NCBI RefSeq assembly: GCF_003324675.1
Contig: NZ_CP030918.1
Location: 900,001 to 932,000, forward strand
DNA: 32,000 nt
Direction: 5' to 3'
Origin: Paracoccus suum
Lineage (GTDB): Bacteria > Pseudomonadota > Alphaproteobacteria > Rhodobacterales > Rhodobacteraceae
Below are positions 8,434-16,222 of the stretch, in pieces. The position numbers and the translations under genes were made by a program. The notes beneath the pieces are model-generated. The model saw only the letters and a list, made by a program, of their open reading frames with translations. It was not told where the DNA came from and did no database searches. The first letter of the stretch is position 1; each line of letters opens with the position of its first letter.

Positions 8434-10038
8434 ATGTCCTATTCCGAGCTGCGCGCCAAGCTGGACCAACGCTACCCCGGCGGCACCGCCCCCGGCGGAA
8501 TCGACCTCGACGCGATTGCCCAGCTGAAGGTCCAGAATACCTATGACACCCACCTCGACATCGCCCGGGCGATGGCCAAGGTGATGCGCGCCGATATGGC
8601 CGCCTATGACGCCGACACCTCGAAGTTCACCCAGTCTCTAGGCTGCTGGTCGGGCTTTCACGCCCAGCAGATGATCAAGTCGGTCAAGCGCATGCGCGGC
8701 ACCGCCAAGGGCACCTATGTCTATCTGTCGGGCTGGATGGTCGCCGGCCTGCGCAACCGTTGGGGCCACCTGCCGGACCAGTCGATGCATGAAAAAACTG
8801 CCGTCGCCGATCTGATCCAGGAAATCTACACCTCGCTGCGTCAGGCGGACGAGGTCGCGCTGAACGACCTGTTCAAGACCCTGAAAACTGCCCGCGATGC
8901 CGGCGACAAGGCGGCCGAGCAAAAGGCCATCGCCGCGCTCGACAATTTCGAATCGCATGTCGTGCCGATCATCGCGGACATCGACGCCGGCTTCGGCAAC
9001 GAGCATGCGACCTACCTGCTGGCCAAAGAACTGATCAAGGCCGGCGCCTGCTGCCTGCAGATCGAGAACCAGGTCAGCGACGCCAAGCAGTGCGGCCACC
9101 AGGATGGCAAGGTCACCGTGCCGCGCGAGGATTTCATCGAAAAGCTGCGCGCCTGCCGCCTCGCCTTTGAAGAGCTTGGCGTCGATGACGGCGTAATCGT
9201 GGCGCGCACCGACAGCCTCGGCGCCGGCCTGACCCAGAAGATCCCGGTCAGCAATGGCGACGATCTGGCCGCCGACTACATCAAGTGGCTGAAGACCGAG
9301 CCGATCACCGACGCAGCCCCGCTGCGCGAGGGCGAGCTGGCGATCGTCAAGGACGGTGCCCTGGCGCGCCCGGTCCGGATGCCGAACGGCCTGTTTGCCT
9401 TCCAGGAAGGCACCGGCCGCCAGCGTGTGATCGAGGACTGCATCTCCAGCCTGCGCGAGGGTGGTGCGGATCTGGTATGGATCGAGACCGATACCCCGAA
9501 CGTGGACGAGATCGCCGCGATGGTGAACGAGATTCGCCAGGAGGTGCCCTATGCGAAGCTGGCCTATAATAACTCGCCGTCGTTCAACTGGACGCTGAAC
9601 CTGCGCAAGCAGGTGCGCGAGCAGTGGCTGGCCGAGGGCAAGATCCAGGCCGGCGATTATCCGGACGGCAACGAACTGATGAAGGCCGATTACGACAACA
9701 CCGATCTGGGCCGCGAGGCCGACGACCGGCTGCGCCGCTTCCAGACCGACATCTCGGCCCGTGCCGGCGTGTTCCACAACCTGATCACGCTGCCGACCTT
9801 CCATCTGACCGCCAAATCGGTGGACGAGTTGTCGCGCGGCTACTTTGGCGAGGACAAGATGCTGGCTTACGTGGCCACCGTCCAGCGCGAGGAAATCCGC
9901 CGCGGCATCAGCGCGGTGAAGCACCAGCACGAGGTCGGCTCGGACCTTGGCGATACGTTCAAGGAAATGGTCTCGGGCGAGCGCGCGCTGAAGGCGGGCG
10001 GCCACGCCAACACCATGAACCAGTTTGCGGCCGAGTGA
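8434..10038 (+). CDS. aceA: isocitrate lyase (long, about 530-aa Pseudomonas-type AceA)
   Basis: 534 aa. Contains IIADIDAGFGN and QIENQVSDAKQCGHQDGKV (the ICL K-x-CGH catalytic loop). From memory it is collinear with the 531-aa P. aeruginosa AceA. ATG 8434 is preceded by AAGGAG. The track ORF from 8206 runs through the promoter region. Confidence 0.93.
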   Translation: MSYSELRAKLDQRYPGGTAPGGIDLDAIAQLKVQNTYDTHLDIARAMAKVMRADMAAYDADTSKFTQSLGCWSGFHAQQMIKSVKRMRGTAKGTYVYLSGWMVAGLRNRWGHLPDQSMHEKTAVADLIQEIYTSLRQADEVALNDLFKTLKTARDAGDKAAEQKAIAALDNFESHVVPIIADIDAGFGNEHATYLLAKELIKAGACCLQIENQVSDAKQCGHQDGKVTVPREDFIEKLRACRLAFEELGVDDGVIVARTDSLGAGLTQKIPVSNGDDLAADYIKWLKTEPITDAAPLREGELAIVKDGALARPVRMPNGLFAFQEGTGRQRVIEDCISSLREGGADLVWIETDTPNVDEIAAMVNEIRQEVPYAKLAYNNSPSFNWTLNLRKQVREQWLAEGKIQAGDYPDGNELMKADYDNTDLGREADDRLRRFQTDISARAGVFHNLITLPTFHLTAKSVDELSRGYFGEDKMLAYVATVQREEIRRGISAVKHQHEVGSDLGDTFKEMVSGERALKAGGHANTMNQFAAE

Positions 10039-10064
10039 GGCCGCGTCTACACCATGCGACAATG

Positions 10065-10092
10065 ATGTGCGGCCGACCGGGCCGCACATTTC
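10065..10092 (+). terminator. intrinsic-terminator-like hairpin after aceA
   Basis: ATGTGCGGCC (10065-10074) pairs perfectly with GGCCGCACAT (10080-10089) around a 5-nt loop GACCG, followed by TTTCA. It lies 27 nt after the aceA stop. Confidence 0.5.
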
Positions 10093-10111
10093 AGCATCAA
10101 GGAGGCATGTT

Positions 10112-10342
10112 GTGAGCGACGAGTCCAGTTTCCAGCGGGTCGATCTGCCCGCGCCGACCGACGAGGCCCGTGCCATCCAGCGCGTGGCCGAGGCCACCCA
10201 CCGTCTGAACGAGGCAGTCCAGCGCGCCGTCTCGGCCGGGATCTCGGTCGAGGTGATTCGCGTGTCGCGCTTCCACGACGGCGCCGGCAACTGGGGTGAC
10301 CAGGTCGTGCCGACGATCCGCGCCAAGGCCGAGAGTGCCTGA
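10112..10342 (+). CDS. hypothetical small protein (76 aa)
   Basis: GTG 10112 is preceded by a strong AAGGAGG. Third codon positions are almost all G/C, as in neighbouring genes. Its stop overlaps the likely thioesterase start (GTGCCTGA). I recognise no family. Confidence 0.6.
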   Translation: MSDESSFQRVDLPAPTDEARAIQRVAEATHRLNEAVQRAVSAGISVEVIRVSRFHDGAGNWGDQVVPTIRAKAESA

Positions 10343-10718
10343 CTCCCTCCTCGTCCAGCGACCCGTCTCGGCGACGCTGGTCGAGATGATCCTGCCCGAG
10401 CAGACCAACCACTACGGCACGCTGTTCGGGGGCGAGGGCCTGTCGCTACTGGCCAAGACCGCATTCGTGACGGCCAGCCGCTACGCCCGCGCCGATGTCG
10501 TCATGGCGGGCGCCGAGGGTGTGCGCTTTATCGCACCGGTCCCGCCTGGCGCCCTGCTGGAAATGACCGGCACTGTCACGCGGCAAGGACGCAGTTCGCT
10601 TACCGTGCGCGTCGAAGGCACGGCGGAGACGCCGCAGACCGGCGCCCGCCAGCCCGTCATGCAAGCCGACTTTGAAATGGTTGCCGTGGACGGCAGCGGC
10701 CGTCCGACACCGATCTGA
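10335..10718 (+). CDS. acyl-CoA thioesterase, hotdog fold (YciA-like)
   Basis: Contains VEMILPEQTNHYGTLFGGEGLSLLAKTAF and RFIAPVPPGALLEMTGTVTRQGRSSL, typical of 4HBT/acyl-CoA hydrolases. I prefer the GTG at 10335 (coupled to the orf76 stop). ATG 10296 is the longest alternative. Confidence 0.8.
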   Translation: MPDSLLVQRPVSATLVEMILPEQTNHYGTLFGGEGLSLLAKTAFVTASRYARADVVMAGAEGVRFIAPVPPGALLEMTGTVTRQGRSSLTVRVEGTAETPQTGARQPVMQADFEMVAVDGSGRPTPI

Positions 10719-10732
10719 TGTGAGGACACCCG

Positions 10733-12232
10733 ATGCTGATGCATAAACTGCGCACCTACAAATCCGCCGAAAAGCTGAACCGCGAGGATGAGCTGGCGTG
10801 GAAATTCGCCGCCATGGCCGCCGATGACGTAGCGATCGACGCCGACGTCGAAGAGATGATCATCAACCGCGTGATCGACAACGCCGCCGTTGCCGCGGCC
10901 TCGGTCGCGCGCCGCCCGGTCGCGAGCGCCCGTGCGCAGGCCCTTGCCCACCCGTTTTCGCCCGGCGCGACGGTCTTTGGCGTGTCCGACCGCGTCTCGC
11001 CCGAGTGGGCGGCCTGGGCGAACGGCACCGCGGTGCGCGAACTCGACTTTCACGACACGTTCCTGGCGGCTGACTACAGCCATCCCGGCGACAACATCCC
11101 GCCGATCCTGGCGGTCGCCCAGCACACCGGGCTGAACGGTCGCGACCTGATCCGCGGCATCGCCACCGGGTACGAGATCCAGGTCAATCTGGTCAAAGGC
11201 ATCTGCCTTCACGAGCATAAGATAGACCACATCGCCCACCTTGGCGTGTCGGCCGCCGCCGGCATCGGAACTGCCCTGCGTCTGCCGGTCGAGGTCATCT
11301 ATCAGGCCATCCAACAGGCGCTGCATGTCACCACGACCACGCGCCAGTCGCGCAAGGGCGCGATCTCATCCTGGAAAGCGTACGCCCCGGCCTTTGCCGG
11401 CAAGATGGCGATCGAGGCCGTCGACCGCGTGATGCGCGGCGAAGGCGCGCCCTCGCCGGCGTGGGAGGGCGAGGATGGCTTCATCGCTTGGATGCTGTCG
11501 GGTCCCGCGGCCAGCTACGAGGTGCCGGTCCCCGCGCCGGGCGAGGCCAAGCGCGCGATCCTCGACACCTACACCAAGGAATATTCCGCTGAATACCAGA
11601 GCCAGGCGTTGATCGACCTCGCCCGGCGGATGGGCCCGCAGATCGGCGATCTTTCGCAGATCGACAGCATCGTCATCCACACCAGCCATCACACCCACTA
11701 CGTGATCGGCACCGGCGCCAACGATCCGCAGAAGATGGACCCGAACGCCAGCCGCGAGACGCTGGACCACTCGATCATGTATATCTTCGCCGTCGCGCTC
11801 GAGGATGGCGGCTGGCACCATGCCAAGAGCTATGCCCCCGAGCGGGCGCGGCGGCCGGAAACCGTGGCCCTGTGGCACAAGATCAGCACCGTCGAGGAGC
11901 CAGAGTGGACGCAGCGCTATCACGATGCGGCAAACAAGGCGTTCGGCGGCCGCGTGGTGGTCACCATGAAGGACGGCCGGGTGATCGAGGATCAGTTGGC
12001 CTTGGCGGATGCCCACCCGCAGGGCGCCCGCCCGTTCGGCCGCGCGCAATACAAGGAAAAGTTCATGATCCTTTCCGAAGGGGTCCTGACCGCCGCCGAG
12101 CAGCGGCGGTTCTTGACTGCGGCCGAGGGGCTGGCCGGGCTGACCGACCTCGCCGCGCTGAACTTTACCGTCGCCGCCGACCAGTTGGGCCCAGTCGGCA
12201 AGACCGGCCTGTTCGACTATCGGAAGGCATGA
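10733..12232 (+). CDS. prpD: 2-methylcitrate dehydratase (MmgE/PrpD family)
   Basis: 499 aa with full-length PrpD-like sequence ([33 protein letters not shown]). Lies 3 nt upstream of prpC. GAGGA lies 6 nt before the ATG. Confidence 0.88.
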   Translation: MLMHKLRTYKSAEKLNREDELAWKFAAMAADDVAIDADVEEMIINRVIDNAAVAAASVARRPVASARAQALAHPFSPGATVFGVSDRVSPEWAAWANGTAVRELDFHDTFLAADYSHPGDNIPPILAVAQHTGLNGRDLIRGIATGYEIQVNLVKGICLHEHKIDHIAHLGVSAAAGIGTALRLPVEVIYQAIQQALHVTTTTRQSRKGAISSWKAYAPAFAGKMAIEAVDRVMRGEGAPSPAWEGEDGFIAWMLSGPAASYEVPVPAPGEAKRAILDTYTKEYSAEYQSQALIDLARRMGPQIGDLSQIDSIVIHTSHHTHYVIGTGANDPQKMDPNASRETLDHSIMYIFAVALEDGGWHHAKSYAPERARRPETVALWHKISTVEEPEWTQRYHDAANKAFGGRVVVTMKDGRVIEDQLALADAHPQGARPFGRAQYKEKFMILSEGVLTAAEQRRFLTAAEGLAGLTDLAALNFTVAADQLGPVGKTGLFDYRKA

Positions 12233-12235
12233 GCC

Positions 12236-13399
12236 ATGAGCGACAGCGAGCTTAAGACCAAGCCCAAGAAATCGGTCGCGCTATCGGGCGTGCCGGCGGG
12301 CAACACCGCGATCTGCACCGTCGGCCAGACCGGCAATGACCTGCATTATCGTGGTTATGACATCGTCGACCTGGCGCGCGGCGCCAGCTTCGAGGAGGTC
12401 GCCTACCTGCTCGTCCATGGCACCCTGCCGACCTCGGCGGCGCTGCGCGCCTACTGTCGCAAGCTGCGCGGGCTGCGCGGGTTGCCGGTGGTGGTGCGCG
12501 AGACGCTGGAGGCGCTGCCCGCCGCGACCCATCCGATGGATGTGCTGCGCACCGGAGTGTCCGCCATGGGCTGCACCCTGCCCGAGGTGCCTGACCACAA
12601 CGCCCCGGGCGCGAGGGACGTGATCGACCGGCTGATCGCCTCCCAAGGCTCGATGCTGCTCTACTGGTATCACTACGCCTTTAACGGCCGGATGATCGAG
12701 GTCGAGACTGACGACGAAACCACGGCCGGCCATTTCCTGCATCTGCTCCATGGGGTGCCACCCTCGCCGGAGGACGTGGCCGCGCTGGACAAAACCCTGA
12801 TCCTTTACGCAGAGCACGAGTTCAACGCCTCGACCTTTACCGCCCGCATCATCGCCGGAACGGGAAGCGATATGTTCAGCTGCATCACCGGCGCCATCGG
12901 CGCGTTGCGCGGCCCCAAGCACGGCGGCGCCAACGAGGTCGCGCTGGAAATCCAGACCCGTTACGACAACCCCGAGGCGGCCGAGGCAGACATCCTGGAA
13001 CGGATCGCCCGCAAGGAAGTCGTGATCGGCTTTGGGCATCCCGTCTATACTGTCTCAGATCCCCGCAACGCCGTCATCAAGGAGCTTGCGCAGGAGCTGT
13101 CGCAGGCCGCCGGTGATACCCGCCTCTTCGAGGTGGCCGAGCGGATCGAGACGGTGATGGCGCGGGAAAAGAAGATGTTCCCGAACCTCGACTGGTTTTC
13201 AGCCGTGTCCTACCACCAACTGGGCGTGCCGACGGCGATGTTCACGCCGATCTTTGCCATTGCCCGCACCTCGGGCTGGGGCGCGCATGTCATCGAGCAG
13301 CGCGAGGACGGCAAGATCATCCGCCCCTCGGCCAACTACACAGGTCCGGAAGACCGGACCTTCGTGCCATTGGCGGAACGGGAGGCGGCTCAGTCGTGA
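12236..13399 (+). CDS. prpC: 2-methylcitrate synthase / citrate synthase family
   Basis: 387 aa. Citrate-synthase signatures [13 protein letters not shown] and [13 protein letters not shown]. The small (about 380 aa) PrpC-type size and adjacency to prpD support the call. Confidence 0.88.
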   Translation: MSDSELKTKPKKSVALSGVPAGNTAICTVGQTGNDLHYRGYDIVDLARGASFEEVAYLLVHGTLPTSAALRAYCRKLRGLRGLPVVVRETLEALPAATHPMDVLRTGVSAMGCTLPEVPDHNAPGARDVIDRLIASQGSMLLYWYHYAFNGRMIEVETDDETTAGHFLHLLHGVPPSPEDVAALDKTLILYAEHEFNASTFTARIIAGTGSDMFSCITGAIGALRGPKHGGANEVALEIQTRYDNPEAAEADILERIARKEVVIGFGHPVYTVSDPRNAVIKELAQELSQAAGDTRLFEVAERIETVMAREKKMFPNLDWFSAVSYHQLGVPTAMFTPIFAIARTSGWGAHVIEQREDGKIIRPSANYTGPEDRTFVPLAEREAAQS

Positions 13400-13404
13400 G
13401 ACCG

Positions 13405-13426
13405 GCGCGCCAGATCGCTGGCGCGC
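13405..13426 (+). terminator. GC hairpin immediately after prpC
   Basis: GCGCGCCAG (13405-13413) pairs with CTGGCGCGC (13418-13426) around a 4-nt loop, 6 nt after the stop codon. No U-tract. Confidence 0.4.
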
Positions 13427-13475
13427 GTGCATCGGCGGCCTGCGCGAGCTAACGGCCGACGCGCGTGAGCGACGA

Positions 13476-13528
13476 AGTGGGCGCGGGCATCAAGTGGCCT
13501 GCGCGCCCACTGCGCATGATCATTTTTT
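13476..13528 (+). terminator. second hairpin plus T6 tract in the convergent spacer
   Basis: AGTGGGCGCG (13476-13485) pairs with CGCGCCCACT (13502-13511) around a 16-nt loop. TTTTTT lies at 13523-13528, 11 nt downstream of the stem, so the geometry is imperfect for a canonical terminator. Confidence 0.3.
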
Positions 13529-13765
13529 GGCTGCCCGCCGGTTCGTTCAGTTCCTTGTTAACAGTACCCGTCTTGGCGCGGTGTTGAGATGGGTGGGCGG
13601 TGCGATTCCGCGATGAGCATAGGTTGAGGCCATTCGGCGGCCTCCGGCGGCCGCACAGATCTAGCGACCCACCAGTTCCTTAAAGCTGCCCGTCGTTTGC
13701 CGAGCTTCGGATGATGGCCTCCATCGAGCCGGGTTGGCACCAACTCCCCCGCATATAGCGCCGGC

Positions 13766-14350
13766 TCACTCGCCGGACCGCCGATCGGCAGAGCGCCTGC
13801 GCACGGCAGAAATCTGGCGGCCGAGCGCGGCGACCGCCTCGGCCCGGCCGAACGCGCGCGTCGCCTCGTTCCGCGCAGCTTCGAATTGCGGGGTCATGCG
13901 CAGACGCTCCGCCTCGACCGCCTGACGCTCCACCATCGCCGCGCGGGTCAAGGCATTGGCGAGCCGCAGGTCGCGAAGGGGCTGCTGGGGATCGCTTTCC
14001 CGTTGGGCGGCAGGAACCCCGGCGGCCCTCATCAAGCGGACTGGTGAAACATGCTCTCGTGAAAAGGCATCTGGGCCGCGGTCGTCAACTTGCGCGCGGT
14101 CCCCGCCCGCAGCCACCCTTCTGTCCCCGGATTTTGCCTCGGTGCTGGCCCCGCCCGCGGCGCCGGCCCCCTCATCAGGCCACGCCCGGACCGCGCCGTC
14201 GGCGACACGAATGATTTCCATCCGCAGATCCTCGACCCGCGCATCCAGCGTGGCGATGTGGCGGCGCAGGGCCGAGAAATGCTTCAACTCGATATCAGCC
14301 TTCAATCGCGCAATGCGGGCCAGGGCCTCCAACTGGGTATCGCGGCTCAC
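13766..14350 (-). CDS. hypothetical coiled-coil protein, last gene of the flagellar export operon (possible FliJ-like component)
   Basis: GTG 14350 is preceded by GGAGG with a 6-nt spacer. 194 aa with two long heptad-like helical segments (LEALARIARLKADIELKHFSALRRHIATLDARVEDLRMEI; AMVERQAVEAERLRMTPQFEAARNEATRAFGRAEA) joined by a Gly/Ala/Asp-rich linker. The track ORF from 14464 would overlap flhB by 77 nt. Confidence 0.6.
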   Translation of the reverse strand: MSRDTQLEALARIARLKADIELKHFSALRRHIATLDARVEDLRMEIIRVADGAVRAWPDEGAGAAGGASTEAKSGDRRVAAGGDRAQVDDRGPDAFSREHVSPVRLMRAAGVPAAQRESDPQQPLRDLRLANALTRAAMVERQAVEAERLRMTPQFEAARNEATRAFGRAEAVAALGRQISAVRRRSADRRSGE

Positions 14351-14387
14351 GTTTGGCCTCCGCCCCGCACGACACTGATGCGCGCCA

Positions 14388-15449
14388 TCACCATCCCGCT
14401 TTCGCCTTCTTGCGCATCGCTTCGGCAAAGCGGATCGCGGCAGCGACGGCGGCAAAATGCGCAACCGGGATCTCGTCCCCTACCTCCATGGCAGCATGAA
14501 GCGCGCGGGCGCAGGGGGGGTCGGACCAGATCGGCACGCGGTGTTTGCCGGCGCGCTCTCGGATGCGGGCGGCGATCTCGTCCGTGCCCTTGGCAAGGCA
14601 TACAGGTGCGCGCCCGCTGCCGCGTTTCCATTCCAAGGCAACGGCGTAGTGGGTCGGGTTGACGATCACGACATCGGCCTTTTCGACGTCGGCCAGCATC
14701 GAGCTCATGGCGATGTCGACTGCCCGCTGCCGGCGTAATGCCTTGAAATGCGGGTCGCCCTCGCTTTCCTTGTGTTCGTCCTCGGCCTCCTTGCGGGTCA
14801 TGCGCAAGCGGCGGCGATGCTCGAGCCGTTTCCACAGCAGGTCCGCCCCGGCCAGTGCTGCGGTGATGCCGATCGCCAGTGCCATGACGTACTGCAGCAC
14901 CAAGCCGAGCCCAAGCACCCATTGGGAATCGCGCATGAAGCCCGCGCGCGACAGCAATTCCAGCAGCATGCCGAAGAGCACCCAGCCCCCCGTTGCCGCC
15001 AATGCGACCTTGATGAGGGAAAGGGAAAAGGTGACCAGCCCCTTGACCCCGAACTTCTGTCCAAAGTTGCCGATCGGGTTGATGCGCGAGCCCTTGAGCG
15101 CGAGGTTAGATGACGTGAAAAGCAGCGTGCGCTGGGCCAAAAGGCCAACCAGTACAAACAGACCCGGCAGCGCCAGCAGCGCGAGGGTCGCAACTGCCGC
15201 GGTGCCGGCAATATCGCGCGCGGCGTCAAAGGACGCGCCGGGCGTGCGCCCCGCGATCCCTTCCGCATGGCTGACCTGTGCCAACCAGCGCCGCATGGCG
15301 ATCGGGCCGCCGACGATCAGCGCGAGGAAAAGCCCGGCATAGGCCAGCAGCGCGTTCACCTCGAGCGAGCGGGGAATATCACCCTTTTCGCGCGCCTGCC
15401 GGAGGCGCTGTTCAGAGGCCTCGAAGGGTTTGTCTTCCGACTCGCTCAT
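14388..15449 (-). CDS. flhB: flagellar type III export protein FlhB
   Basis: 353 aa. N-terminal EKPFEASEQRLRQAREKGDIPRS, four TM segments, and the autocleavage motif NPTHYAVAL. Confidence 0.93.
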   Translation of the reverse strand: MSESEDKPFEASEQRLRQAREKGDIPRSLEVNALLAYAGLFLALIVGGPIAMRRWLAQVSHAEGIAGRTPGASFDAARDIAGTAAVATLALLALPGLFVLVGLLAQRTLLFTSSNLALKGSRINPIGNFGQKFGVKGLVTFSLSLIKVALAATGGWVLFGMLLELLSRAGFMRDSQWVLGLGLVLQYVMALAIGITAALAGADLLWKRLEHRRRLRMTRKEAEDEHKESEGDPHFKALRRQRAVDIAMSSMLADVEKADVVIVNPTHYAVALEWKRGSGRAPVCLAKGTDEIAARIRERAGKHRVPIWSDPPCARALHAAMEVGDEIPVAHFAAVAAAIRFAEAMRKKAKAGW

Positions 15450-16222
15450 CGCGCGCGTCCCGGCTCGACCAGTTGGGGCAGGCGGGTATCCAGAACCGCG
15501 TCGGCCCAGACACCGATGATCGGCGCGGTGAAAACCGCGAGCCCGACCAGCGCCAGCAGGATCGCCAGCGGCGCGCCCACAAACACCACCGGCAACGCCG
15601 GCATGACCTTACCGATCACGCCGCTGATCGCCTGATACAGAAAACCGCCAAGGATAAAGGGCGACGCCAGCACCATCCCCAGTCCAAAGGCATGCGCCAC
15701 GACCCGCGTCATCGACAGGGCGAGCACGCCGGGCTCGGGCAGGCTGGCGAGCGGCCACGCGTCGAAGCCGGCAGCGAGGTAGTCCGCGACCATCGCCGGA
15801 AAGCCCAGTGCCATCAGCACCGCCAGCCCGGCGAGATGGAAGAGGTTTCCGACCGGATGGGGGGCCATCTCGTTCTCGCCGCCGATCAGTTGCGCAAGCG
15901 AACTGGTCGAGGCGATAGCCGTGGCCGCAATGGATAGCGCCATCGCCGCCAGCCGGACCGTCAGGCCAAGGACCAGGCCGACGGCCAGCTCCGCGCCGCC
16001 AGCAAAGGCCAGTTGCGCCAGGTCGCCCGAGACTGGCGCTGGCAGGGCGACGAAGATCGGCGTCAGCGCAAGTGCCAGCGCGACGCGCAGGCGCACCGGT
16101 ATGGCCCGCTCGCCGAGGCCGGGCAGCGTCATCACGCAGCCCAAAAGCCGCAGATGCACCAGAACGAGCATCGGCAGCGCGCCACCAAACATCTGGCTGG
16201 CTTCGGCAAAAACAGCCGTCAC
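15446..16222 (-). CDS. fliR: flagellar export gate protein FliR
   Basis: 258-aa polytopic membrane protein between flhA and flhB. GTGA overlap with the flhA stop and ATGA overlap with the flhB start. Confidence 0.85.
   Translation of the reverse strand: MTAVFAEASQMFGGALPMLVLVHLRLLGCVMTLPGLGERAIPVRLRVALALALTPIFVALPAPVSGDLAQLAFAGGAELAVGLVLGLTVRLAAMALSIAATAIASTSSLAQLIGGENEMAPHPVGNLFHLAGLAVLMALGFPAMVADYLAAGFDAWPLASLPEPGVLALSMTRVVAHAFGLGMVLASPFILGGFLYQAISGVIGKVMPALPVVFVGAPLAILLALVGLAVFTAPIIGVWADAVLDTRLPQLVEPGRAR

Noticed and set aside
10025-10342. The 105-aa version of the small ORF, starting at 10025 inside the end of aceA.
   Set aside because: It would be translated through the aceA stop region and the terminator-like hairpin. 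The in-frame GTG at 10112 with a consensus AAGGAGG is a much better start.
13516-13587. A 23-codon hydrophobic ORF (MIIFWLPAGSFSSLLTVPVLARC) in the convergent spacer, considered as a possible type I toxin-like peptide.
   Set aside because: No SD sequence upstream. Its codon usage (att, ttt, tta, aca, gta, agt) is unlike the host's GC3-rich genes. It could easily arise by chance in an AT-richer stretch.
13558-13743. A 61-aa minus-strand ORF (TTG start) in the spacer.
   Set aside because: Non-canonical start without an RBS, poor GC3 bias and no recognisable motif. I treat it as non-coding unless transcript or translation data say otherwise.
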